A DNA stretch of 64,000 nt. Source: Camelus ferus. Its lineage: Eukaryota. The translations under genes and the position numbers were made by a program. Under the pieces are notes generated by a model. It did not search any database. It saw only the letters and a program-made list of their open reading frames with translations, and had not been told where the DNA came from. The stretch spans positions 102,240,001-102,304,000 of the forward strand of contig NC_045697.1 of NCBI RefSeq assembly GCF_009834535.1, in the 5' to 3' direction. This document shows, one piece after another, positions 24,401 to 35,959 of the stretch (its first letter is position 1; each line of letters starts with the position of its first letter).

Positions 24401-26044
24401 TTGGCTTAGTCTTAAGCCCAAAAGAAATAGACTCATTTTGAAAGATACCAAGCCATGTCCAAGCCATGTGACCTAATGCCAATCAGTGTCTGAGAGCTGT
24501 TCTGTTGTGTATAAAAAGAGAAAAATGAAAATATTTGAAACATGTATTGCTGCTTGCCCACACAAGAATACCCTGAACTATGAGTACTATGTTAGAATCA
24601 CCTTGTACATACATCGCACACACATACAGGTATTGCCAGGTACATATCCCAGCTAAGGGCTCACTTTCCCCATAGTGTCCCAGTGGTGACGTCTGTGATA
24701 CTTCATCTCTACTTGCCACTCCTTCCTCTCAAACCTCCTCTTCCTCTGACCTGTCAATCTTGCCACCAACTCTGTTGATCACTGCCCGCTCTGCCTCTGA
24801 AATAGGCCCATGGCCAGGATTGGCTGCACTAATATAACTCAAGTTTCTGCCCTGGGCTCATACTACTGCTCGTTTTTGTCCAGTCCCTGTTGTGCCTTAC
24901 TCTGAACTCTTGGGGGAAATATTGGAAATACGGGCAGTAACAATACGAGAGGAGAGGGGAGGAAAGGAGACATCTCAGCCACTACCTATTATCATTTCTT
25001 CCCCTTATCCTGTATCTCAGCTTGTAAATCTTGCCCCTAATCACTCCTCTTTCCCCATCAGAATACCTAACCTGACTCTCCACCCCACAGCTGCATCAGA
25101 GCTCCAATCCCAACTCTTATCACAAAGAAGCATGAGTTGTCTGTAGAAGGTGCAGTGATGGATGGTGTTGACTTGGGGTGGTGGTAGGATATGGAAACTG
25201 ATAAGAGAAGAAAGGAAAAAAATAGGAGAAGGAAAAGCTTGTTCTTTCATAATCTCCTGGGATTCATTTCAATGTATATATTTTATCTCATTCCTTGAGG
25301 CCCTACCTCCATTCTCTAGGCCTATAGAGATTACCAGTCCCATGTTCACAGCTTGTAAACCAGTTACCCTAGCCTCCTTGTTCTAAATCCCATGTTCCTA
25401 GATACCATGTATAGCAACATCCTGAACATCTAACACAATGTCTGGCACATGACTGCTTGGGGGACAATTGAATGAACCAAGACTTGAAATACCTGAGTTC
25501 TTACTCTAGTTGCCTACCAAGAGAGCCTGACCATATTACAGGATCGCTGTTAAGGTGGGTTGTCCTTGAAATCCTCAGTGTTAGTCAAGACCCTATTTTT
25601 CTAGAGAAGTCCTGTTGTTCATGGAAGCTAGGCTTTGAAAAAAGCAGACTTTCTCGAGACATGTAAGATGAATGTTTTTGAGGCTGAGAGTACAAAAACT
25701 GATAGGATGGAGACTGTCATGGGGCTCTTCCAAGACAAAATTCTCCATCAAGCTAAGTTTATTTGGGAGGAAATTTACCTTCTTCCATTTCCACTCCATG
25801 CTGCTCTTTGACAGAGTTGGCAAGACCTTATTCCAAAGAATCTCCTTATCTGCACTTCTGCCCATCAGCATTTTAGCAATACTCATCCTATGATCTCAGA
25901 GCTCTTTGTATTCTCAGCTTTCACTGAAGCCACAGTATAGCAGTAAACAATACTTTGTTAATGTATTCCAGACACTATTCTGCCTAAGGACACTAATGAC
26001 CTTTTTAAAAAGATCGGAATCATTTTAAGTTATTTATCAAGCCT

Positions 26045-26820
26045 TTATTTTTTTTAAGTAAGATATAATTTACTTACAGTGAAGCGTACAGATCTTAAGT
26101 AAATAGTTGGATCAAATTTGATACATACAAGGAAGCCTATATCCTATCAAGATATAAAACATTTCTATCGCCCCAGAAAGTTGCATCGTGCCCCTCTCAG
26201 TCAGTCTTCCTTGCAGAGGTGAACATTGTTCTTTCTTTCTTCTTCTTCATATTATCATTGATTATTTTCTATTTGACCTGTTTTAGAACATATCATAAAC
26301 AGAATCATACCCCACATATATTTCTTGTGCCTGACTTCTTTTACTCAGTATTCTGTATTTGAGACTTAATATTCATAGAATACTGAGTAGTCTGTTCCTT
26401 TTTGTTACTAAGTAATATTCCATTATATGAATATTCCACAGTTTGTTTATCGATTCTCCCATGGATAGACACCTGGGCATACAGTTTTTGACAGTTATGA
26501 ATAGAGTTGGTATGAAAATTTATTTAGAAGGTTGTCTGTAGGCGTATGTTTTCATTTTTCTTAATAAACAACTAGGAGGCGAATGCTGGGTCGTAGGATA
26601 GATGTATGTTTTACTGCTCAAGAAACTGGCAAACAGTTTTATAAAGCAGTTTTAACATTTTACGCCCACACCAGCAGTACATAAGCATTCCAGATGGTCT
26701 GCATATCCACTAGAATTTAGTATTTTCAGTCTTTTAAACTTGCTATTACTTGATATAATTTGCTATCCTTTTGCCATTTTAATTTACTTTTACAGAGTAA
26801 TGATGCTGAACCCATTTTCA
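26045..26820 (-). mobile_element. Old L1M (L1MC/ME-like) 3' end
   Basis: 'tcaagatataaaacatttctatcgccccagaaag', 'aatattccattatatgaatattccacagtttgtttatc', 'agaaactggcaaacagtttt'. Confidence 0.8.
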
Positions 26821-28554
26821 TACTCCTGTTGCAGCTTCCCGGTCTACAGGGATGTTCGTGCATTTAGGAGCAAATTGGCTCGGCTGATACCTCTGCTGTT
26901 CTCCGACGAATCCTTTGTTAATTGCTTCCCAGCCTCTTTCTGCTCCCTCCTTCTGCCATGTTCAGGGCAGATCTCCCTTGCTGTAGCCATTCTGTGGTAG
27001 AGCCTTGGCCTGTGGTTTTCTCAGTGCTTCTCATTGTCTAAGATTTCTCTCTCTCTCCCTCTTTTTTTTTTTTTTTAATGTGACTACGTAGTCACTAGTC
27101 TTTTTAAAAATTATTTCTAGAATTTTGTATAGGCAGGGAGGCTGCGCTGTGTTCTTTCCAGGAGATGGACTGATGAGAGATGTGCTGCTTAATGAAGAGC
27201 CTTTGCAGGGGTTTTTCTGGACTAAACTGCGACCGTTCTTCCCTGGTGTCACCAGCCACCAGAACACTGCTCTGCAACTTAGTCTATGTTCTGAGCTATT
27301 TGTAGCTTCAAAAAGCACCAAAATACGGGGTCAACCATTGTGTCCTATATATATATCCTGCCTGCTGTTATTTTCTATTTAAAGGATGTGTTTGGTATGT
27401 TTCGTATCAATGTTCTCAGGTTTTCACAGACTCACCCAGATCTTATATTCCTTTCTATACTCCCCTCCACAGAAGGCAGACATTCCTTACGGGAAGTTAG
27501 AGGGGAAGGGGCACTTATCCATACTCTCTGGAAATAATAGGTACAATTGCCTGTGCAACATACTTTGTCAAACAGTGCTGGGCTAAGGTGAAAACACATT
27601 TGCTTACAGCTAAATTTCTGGTTCAGTGCTTTTTGACAAACTCATTCATAATGGAAAACAAATGTGTTTTAACTATGAAACAAAGGGGGAAGTTACAAAC
27701 TCTTCCCCTAATTAAAGAACGGTTATCAAGCATGTGGTGTTTTTCACTGTAAATAAATCTAGAAGATACCTTACTGAGCTGTGTTCGTTTGGCCCTGCAT
27801 ATCTTGGGTGAATTTGTCTGTGACAGATAAGGAAAAGTTATGTATATGACTAAAGTGAGAGACTTTCTTTTTTTTCTTTTTTCTTTTTTAACATAATGAT
27901 AATCATGATCTCTTCTCATTAACATTCCTACAAACTTCAAACATACTGTGAGATTCTGTTCCACTTCATCAGAGTTTTTCTACACATGGAAGGGTCTTTG
28001 AAGTTAATTGGAGCCCTCCACGTTGAAGCAAGATGAGGGTAAAATGTGGAAGTGAGGCCTGGCATCCGCTAGGGAACTTGTGATAACCCCCACGGCAGGC
28101 CCAGCACATTCTAATCACCACCCCAAGGGCTCTGCTTGCTGGTGAGGCCTGAAGGACACTGTGTCACAAAGACAGCAGAGCAGTCAGCTGCTGGGGATAA
28201 TCACAACGATCTAAATGTGAAAAGTAGATTTTTTTTTGTTCTTCCTATGAGTTTAATAGCCCTGAATTTTGGACCTGGAAATAGAAATCAGAGGGATTTT
28301 ATTCACATTTAACCTACCAAAGAAATGATACCCATTAAAACAGTGATACAAAGTTCTAAATTATTGGTGAGCCCATCTATCCTTTTCAGAATTAAATATT
28401 TACTCAGATATTATCACATGTTCCTTTGAAATACTGTAGCCTCTGACAACTAGCGTAGCTTCCTAATTGTTTTAGGTCCTGCTTGTTGATCAGTAGTTTT
28501 ACATGGACGGATGCTGCCTCGCTGTAAAACAGGAAGGTTTCTTTCAGCTTAGGC

Positions 28555-28660
28555 AATTCACTCATTAATTCTTCAACAATAATTTACTGAGCAAGTAATA
28601 TGTTCTGAGCACTGTGTTAGTCACTGGGGATTCCATGGTGAACAAAGTACAAACAAAGCT
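28555..28660 (-). mobile_element. L2 3' tail
   Basis: 'caattcactcattaattcttcaacaataatttactgagc...agcactgtgttagtcactggggattccatggtgaacaa'. Confidence 0.7.
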
Positions 28661-28789
28661 TCTAGGCTATTGCCTTGACTGTGGCTATATTCTTGATCAG
28701 AAGTTATACTGTGGCAATTTTGAGTGATAAAATATGTTTTCTAACACTGGAATTATTAAAGTCCAATTTCTTTTTATTGTTATTAATTT

Positions 28790-28965
28790 ATAGTGCTATT
28801 ATTGTGAAGAACCTTTCTTACATTATCTCATTTGATTCTTTCAGCCAACCTATGAGGTAAGTGTCTGTCTTCATTTTTAGCTGCTTGAGAAATGGAAATT
28901 TAAAGGGTTGAACATCTTCTTGTCCAGGGTCAAATAGTGAGTGGAGAGCTCAACCCCAGGTCTGC
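28790..28965 (-). mobile_element. MIR SINE
   Basis: 'tacattatctcatttgattctttcagccaacctatgaggtaag...cttgtccagggtca...caaccccaggtctg'. Confidence 0.7.
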
Positions 28966-29240
28966 CTCAGAAGTTTAAAAACAGCAGGCTCTAAAGGTCT
29001 TTAAAATGAGAAGTATAATTTGCATGTAATATCCAGAATCTTACTGCAACTGCAAGGAAAAAACTCTCAGAATCTCCCTTTCTTCTGGACAATCAGGGAC
29101 CCACATTCAGCAGTGTGTGAAAAGACTCGTAGCACCAAGGTACACGTTTTCTTTTCTTAAGCATTTGATGAAGCATTGCTTTGGGTTTCATTTCTCTTTG
29201 AACATTCTGTGATGGGCATTGTAGAAAATAGATGCTGATC

Positions 29241-29400
29241 AGGGCGCGTGTAAGTGGATGCCACGCTGACATGTGCTTTTCTCCTCCGCATGGCCACGTG
29301 CTCTGCCCTGATCTCTTCCTCCACTGCTGGGTCTGCCCGTCCCCTTCTCCACAGTCCACGTGGTCTCACCTCTGCCCGCAAAGTGCCTTCATTCACGTGT
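29241..29400. promoter_or_regulatory. E-box cluster, candidate bHLH-bound enhancer
   Basis: CACGTG at 29295, 29357 and 29394; CGCGTG at 29245; CATGTG at 29270; local CpG retention. Confidence 0.45.
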
Positions 29401-29879
29401 GTAAATGTTAAGAGAGCTGAAAGTTGTAAATGATGTTGAAGAAAACCCTGAGCATCCATTTCTGGATATGAAGTTAGATCGAGTCATTGTTAAAGTTGTA
29501 AGACTGTGGGGAGTCTACTTGCAAGAGTGGCTAAGGAGAATTTACATTCGAAATGATTTCCTGAAAACTTATCCTGAAGACAAGTCAGAGACATGAAGAT
29601 TCTCTGAGAACCCGGCCCATGCAAAATTCATATATTCCGTGTACCTCAGGGCAGTATATTGCTTTTAAACTCCTATACTTGAATTTTTTTTCCTCTGCTG
29701 TTAAAATTTGCACCTTTGAATAAATAGCACATGATTATAAAGTACTGATATTCTAGGCAGAAATTTTGCTTTAAATGTGAACATGCAGGATAAGATCCAG
29801 TTGAGTATCTGCTAACGTAAATATCAAGGTCATAAGTCTGCCTGTTTGTCCAGTGGGCCCAAGACAAACTGCTGTCCCA

Positions 29880-29893
29880 CCAGCAGGTGGTGA
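29880..29893 (+). promoter_or_regulatory. Candidate CTCF site
   Basis: CCAGCAGGTGGTGA matches the first 11 positions of the CTCF core CCASYAGRKGGCRS. Confidence 0.4.
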
Positions 29894-30399
29894 GTTTGGC
29901 AGTATGATCACCTTATTTTCTGGAGGGAAAAATAGAGTCATCTCTTTCGTGGGCTAATGCGATGTGCCATTAAACGGACTATTCACAGCCACTCTGAAAT
30001 CCCCCTACTCTGCTCTGAAACCTCAAGCAAAGTGATCTTTTCCACACAAAATCTGTCTGGTTCTCCGAGACTCAGTCAGATTTCACTCTTAAGGTACAGG
30101 ATAGGGAAGTCTCTATCCTGAAATCTCAGTTGAAATTTTACATAAAACTGTTTCCTTATGTGATACTCTGTTTCCTCCTTATTCTTTATTCTTAATTATT
30201 CTGAAATCTCTGTAAGTTGAGGCCAAGATGGTTTTGTTTTTTTACAGTTGATGCCTAACAGAACACCTAGCAGTGTATTAAGGACTTAATAAGTATCTAC
30301 CAAATAAGTGAGTAAATTAGGAAAAAGAACTGATGAAATGTGCTTGTGTCTTTTCTAAATTTGAAAGATTTTGTAGCCTAGGAGCTGTTAGAAGAAGTT

Positions 30400-30575
30400 A
30401 CTGAGTACGCAGCAATCACCACGTCACACACTTGTGTACACCGTCTAATTCAATCCTTATGACAGCCTGAAAAAGTTATTCTTGTCCCTGCTTCACAGAT
30501 GAGAAAGCAGGTTAAGATCGATCACAGCAGCTGGAAAGCAGTAGAACCAGTCTTCCTGCTGCGGCCTGTCTAAGA
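30400..30575 (-). mobile_element. MIR SINE
   Basis: 'aatccttatgacagcctg...cttcacagatgagaaagcagg...atcacagcagctggaaag'. Confidence 0.6.
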
Positions 30576-31974
30576 CCACGCTAACTCCCACACGGTACCA
30601 TCTCCCACCCGTTGTTAGATCAGGAGGCGTCTGAGAGTTTTCACAATGTGGGAGAAATAATAATGTTAATTTAAAAATAAAAACGTCAAGATTCGAAACT
30701 GGTCCAGATACTTCAGGAGGAGGTATGAGCCCTAGATTGATGGCCAACCTGGTGAACTGATCTGTGCCTTAATCTCCTGTCAGCTGTCATAATCCCCTAC
30801 AGTACGTCCAGCGTCCTCCTTCACCTGTGAGTCAGGGAAATACAGCCACGTTTTGCTGAGACAGCCCCAGTCTACATCTGTGGTCTTGGTGAGGCTGCTA
30901 ACAGCATCCCCTTTTGCTGTCAGAAGTGTTACCCTTTAGATGGCCCATCTCACCATCTTACCTTTCAGGGCTCCCTTGGCCTCTGCCTTCCCAGAGTCTA
31001 CTGTGGTTACGTTGCTTAGGGCCCGAACTGTGGTGTTTCACTTGCTAGGAACTTTGTCTTTCCTGACACTCTTTACCGAAGTTGCTTTCCCCAAAATCGT
31101 TGCTCTCAGGCCTTACCCTCTCCTGCCAACTACTCTGCGTCATGCTCTGCATGACTTCCAGTTCCACCCCTCACAGGGGACACAGGTATAATGGAAATGA
31201 AGCTCATTAGCTACACAGATATTTTTTAAATCCAGAGTAAATTGGTCCTTCTCATTATGACATAGCAACTCATCTGACCCTTACATCTCTTATGATTTTA
31301 CTTAGTATCTTCCAGAAAATATAAGGAAGGCATTTATTTTATTAGAATTTCAGAAATGTTTGGTCAGACTAAAAATGTCTTTATTATTTTAAAGAGAAAA
31401 TTATACATCCGGTGATACTATTACTTTTCCAAAGAGACTGTATTGTTGGATGGGATAAAACTGTAATGAGTTTATACTTGAAAAACATGGATTTTTAAAA
31501 AATAACCAAAATTCTCTGTCACTTCAAAGGACATGTCATTTTTCTTACTGGCTACTTTATAGTTATCATGAAAAATAACAGAGACCCGAAAGAACCATTT
31601 TTCTCCTAAATTTCTTAGCGTTTTCTATTCCGTTCCCCCAGGACAAATTTGAGGATTTAAAAAAATTAGATTAACACTTTTTAAATTAAATCACTTTTCA
31701 AAATGGAGTGTAAAATTCCTCCTATTGTTTAAAAATCCAACTATAATTTTTAAAAAAGAAACAAAGCCAAAAGTCATCGGTTCAGGTTTCTCTATTCCGA
31801 TAAGGATGGTTCAGAAGAGAGACATGAGAGGGACATGAAGAAGGGAGGGAGAAGCAGGTTAAAAAGGCAGCATATGCCTAATTCTGTGCCTTCCCTCCTA
31901 ATGCTAAAAATTCAGAAGTGTGCCCCTTACTGTTTGTTAACTGCACAGTCAGTTAAGACTTGGTATAGTCCAGG

Positions 31975-32120
31975 TCAGCGGCTTTCCAACATCACCAGAA
32001 TCACCTAGGAACTTGTGGGAAATGCAAATTTTTAAGCCCCACCCTAGACCAACTGAGTCAGCAACTCTGGGACTGGGGTTTAGCCACCTGCTCGCTAACA
32101 AGCACTCCAGGTGACTCGTT
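31975..32120. mobile_element. MER5A-like DNA transposon
   Basis: 'gaatcacctaggaacttgtgggaaatgcaaatttttaagccccaccctagaccaactgagtcagcaactctggg...taacaagcactccaggtga'. Confidence 0.8.
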
Positions 32121-32341
32121 TCAGAATGAAGCTTCCAACCTAGGTACGGTAGCCAAGGTATAGGAAACCATAAAAATACTTGGTATTCTCAAAAAAACTT
32201 AGAATCTAGTTGGAGAAAAATGCTAATTGGGTGAAAAGGGCATTCATGATTCGAGCACAGCCAAATGCCACCTGCAGAGTGCACAGGATCATAGACAGAA
32301 AGATCCTGTCTGGTGGGTGAGAAAGGTGACATTTGATGTGC

Positions 32342-32490
32342 TTTTTTAAAACACCTCTATTGTGGTATGATTCCTGTATAGTAAACTACACATATTTCAG
32401 ATGAACAATATGATGAATTTTGGTAGATGTATATACCAACAAAACCACCACCACAATCAAGATAGCCAGCATTTCCGTCACTCCCCAAGA
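32342..32490 (-). mobile_element. Old L1M (L1MC-like) 3' terminal fragment
   Basis: 'tgatgaattttggtagatgtatatacc...accaccacaatcaagatagccagcatttccgtcactcccca'. Confidence 0.7.
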
Positions 32491-32494
32491 GGTG

Positions 32495-32625
32495 CAAATT
32501 TCAAACTCCCGATTTATCCCTTCCCACCCCCTTTACTCCCTGGTTACCATAATTTTGCTCTCTATGTCTGTGAGTCTGTTTCTGTTTTGTAGCCAAGTTG
32601 ATTTGTGTCCTTTTTTAGATTTAAC
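32495..32625 (-). mobile_element. Cetartiodactyl L1 3' UTR internal fragment
   Basis: Reverse-complement similarity to 24070-24200 in this window ('caaatttcaaactccc', 'tctatgtctgtgagtctgtttctgttttgta'). Confidence 0.8.
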
Positions 32626-32636
32626 ATGGGTTTTTT

Positions 32637-33048
32637 TGTGGCTGAGACTAGCTGTTCACAAGCACCCTGCTTCCTTTCTTCCTTGGCTTATAACAAGGCT
32701 ATATTCCCAGCTTCCTTTACTGTTATGCGAGGCCAAAAGACTAACTTTTCTCAATGGAACACGAGCAGCCGTGATGCATGTCGTTTCTGAGCCACGGCTC
32801 TTTAGAGGTGGATGTTTTCACTCTTTGAACTCTCTCTTTATCCTTCCACAGGCTGCAGGCAGATGGAAATGTCAAGACTCTAGGAATGGTGGGCTCCCAA
32901 GATGGAAGAAGTTCAGTTTCCTGATTTATTACATCATAGAAACGTCTTTGAACTATTAAGTGAGTAATAAGCTAACCTCTGTGGAGTGTTAGCAATTATA
33001 TATTTTGAGTCTATTTATATAGAAACTCAGTCTGCCCTCATAGATAGA
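32637..33048 (+). mobile_element. MaLR solo LTR (MLT1I/J-like)
   Basis: 'tgtggctgagactagctgttcac...ctatattcccagcttcctttactgtta...caatggaac...gtgatgcatgtcgtttctgagcc'. Confidence 0.65.
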
Positions 33049-33289
33049 ATTATACTATAAAACTAGAAGTTAAAAAAAAAGATGTTATTTCACTGAGGGA
33101 GAAAATATTAGTAGATTTAAGGCGATATCACCCCCATGACTCTTTGCCCCATGACTATGGCAATAGTCAGACGTGGCTGTAGCATCCATGTGTGCCCATG
33201 TAGACAAACTGACTGGGTTTAGAGCATGGGGCAGGGAGGACTGAGCAGATCCTGAAATGCTGTGCAGTTCAGGATGCTTTGGTTGCATG

Positions 33290-33427
33290 TGACAGAATGG
33301 GGAGGGTGCTACTGGCATCTAGTGGGAAGAGGCTAGGGATGCTGGTAAACATCTTACAGTGCACAGGACTCACAAAAAGAGTGATCTGGCCCCAAATGTC
33401 AGTAGTGCTGAGGGGGAGAAACCCTGC
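33290..33427 (+). mobile_element. MER20 hAT-Charlie transposon, 3' part
   Basis: 'gtgctactggcatctagtgggaagaggctagggatgctggtaaacatcttacagtgcacaggac...ggccccaaatgtcagtagtgctgag...gaaaccctg'. Confidence 0.85.
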
Positions 33428-34289
33428 TCAAAGGTATGAATCAAACATATTTTGGAAATCGCCCTGTAACGGATAGTCAGTTATTCAGACATCGCCTAGG
33501 ACTTCGGGGATTCTTAAAGACAAGTTGCTTAATAATAGCAAACGCTCAGAGACTAGATCTTAACTCTTTTGGGTAGATCTAGCTTTTGTGTAAACCTTCA
33601 AATAAGCCGTTCCAAGCTTTGAAGCCCCAAGACAAGGGACCTGTGAGGCTCCCCTCACTAGCTGGCAGCTCTGTTGGTGATGTTGTACACAGGCAATGCC
33701 AGCCAGATGATTTTACCCTAATCAGGATTTGTATGAACATGACATTTTGTTTATTCTGTTGCCTTTTTGTTCTTCTGATTCATAAACAGCAATAGCAGAG
33801 CCGAACAATTATTCCTTCTTTTTGCAGACACAGATGTGCAAATGCATGGGGGCTTTCAATGAGGCCAGTGATGCCAAAACAATTCATATTATACCTCATC
33901 TACTTCACTCTAGGGTTTCAGACTACAGAAGTGTGCAAAACACTGTAACCCCCTATATTTATACTCAAATGGTCTTAGGAGTGGTCCCATGGCATCCTGT
34001 ATAGGCACGCATTTTCAACACTTGTATTAAAATCATCAAAAGTGCTCTCCATAGGCCCAGATTAAAATTTTTTGACTCAACCGCAGTGGATAACCTCCCA
34101 TTGGATAGTAAAAAATTCAAAGGTTTGATCTGAGAAGTTTCATTTCTTGTATTTCCAGTTCTCACTTTTCTGAAGATAGGAAAAAGGGTAACACTTCTCA
34201 ACATTTAACTCCAATAGCTAAAAAATATGAAGTGTAAGCACTACACAATGCAGTGTGGTGGAGATGCTTTTCATCCTGTTACATAAGGT

Positions 34290-34540
34290 CAAGGTCAAAC
34301 TTTCTGCAAAGAGCCAGATAGTAAGTTTCCGTCCTTATGGAGCAGATGGGCTCTTTCAAAACTCCTCAGCTCTGCTCTCGGACTGTGAAAGCAGCCACAG
34401 TCAGTATGTAAACGAATGACTATGACAGGGCTCATTCTTCATGTACCGACTCTGAAGTTCGAATTTTATATGATTTTCATGTGTCACAAAATATGATTCT
34501 TTTTATTTATTTTTCAACTATTTTTAAAATAGAAAAATCT
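34290..34540 (+). mobile_element. MER58B-like hAT-Charlie transposon, 3'-truncated
   Basis: 'caaactttctgcaaagagccagatagtaag...ctcagctctgc...gaaagcagccacag...gaattttatatgattttcatgtgtcacaaaata'. Confidence 0.8.
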
Positions 34541-34759
34541 GACTTTTCTACACAATGCTAAAAAAAATCAGTAGAGTTATAGGGAGAAAAGACAGCTTGC
34601 AAACAGTATCATTTAATCTAACAGATCAGTAACTGAGTCGGTGCTCCATTCTTGGATGACAACTTAGCAGTGACATCATATAGGTGAACTGACACTTCTC
34701 GTTTTAGCTCCAGACTCATATCTAACTGCCTACATGACATTCCCACTAGAATGGGTCTC

Positions 34760-35277
34760 TGAATGATTCCTTTCAAAGATGGCAACAATAATTTCCCCCA
34801 TGACTCTTTGCCCCATGACTATGGCGCTCTTCCCCATAAGAGCAACAGTCTGTTTCTCCTGCCCTTGAATCTGGGCTGGTCTCTGCCTTGTTTTGACCAA
34901 CAGAATGTGATAGAAGTCCAAAGTCCAGACACTGGTTTCAAGAAGACTTGCAGCTTCTACTTTCATTTTCTTAGACTGCTAGCCAGACAGATTGCCATGT
35001 AAGGAAACCAGGCTAGCTTACTGGAGGCTGAGGGACCAAGAGGAGGTGAACTAAGGTTTCCCAGGCAACAGCAAGGACCAGCTGCCAGATGTGTGAATGA
35101 ACTCAGCTCATGTCTTCTAGACTATAAAATCCTCTAGCTGAATGCAGCCCCATGAGTGAGGTCAAGTGAGACCAACAAAAGAGCCAGCCGTACAGACATG
35201 TGAGAAATAACAATTGTGTTGTTTTGAGCTGTTAGGTTTTGGAGTGGCTTGTCATACAATAAAAGGTAACTGACACA
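34760..35277 (+). mobile_element. MaLR solo LTR (MLT1F/G-like)
   Basis: 'caaagatggcaacaata...cccttgaatctgggctgg...ttgttttgaccaacagaatgtgatagaagt...gttgttttgagctgttaggttttggagtggcttgtcatac...ggtaactgacaca'. Confidence 0.85.
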
Positions 35278-35959
35278 GGCTGCAGGTACCTCACAATTTA
35301 AATATATCAAATAGAACTGTTTTAATCTCCCACCCAAATCTGACCCTCATCCTGAATTCTCCTTCTTCATGCTACCCACTTGCTCAAGCTAAAAATGTTG
35401 TGTCATCCTTATTTCCTCCACTTTTTCATATTCCCATACAATCCATCAGCAATTCCTATCAGCTTTCCCTCCAAAATACGTCTTAAATTTGTCCTTTTTA
35501 TAACTTTGAATTTTTTTGACTACTGTGATCCTAAAACATCATCATCTCTTGCATGAATCCCCAAAATAGCCTTTTAGGGGATGTTTCTGTTTCTCCCTGT
35601 GGAACTCACTCTCCATATGCCAGCCAGGGTGAGCTTTTGAAGGCATCAATCAGATCAGGGCTCTTCTCTTTTTCATACCATCTGATGGCTTCCTGTCACC
35701 CATGCCCTAATATGCAAATCCTTTGTCGTGAGTTGGTCTCTACCAACCTCTGATCTCGTCTTGCATGAGAATATTCTCCTTTTAATTCCCTAACATGCAA
35801 GCTCCGTTAGCCACAGGATGTTTGCACTTGTAAGTTCCTGCATGGAATCCCCTTCTCTTAGCTCTTCTCAGCCTGGTTCTTTTCAGTTCCTATGGTTTCA
35901 GCTCAAGTCATCCTCAGAGAGGTGATTCTTGGCCACATGGCTCAAGGAGTCCCTCTTTG

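Noticed and set aside
24448..24469. 11-bp tandem ccaagccatgt twice, and the 28-bp-period AT-rich repeat at 61808-61854
   Set aside because: Ordinary slippage duplications with no further structure.
32420..32959. 179-aa ORF
   Set aside because: It spans two antisense L1 fragments and an MLT1 LTR, so it is chance read-through.
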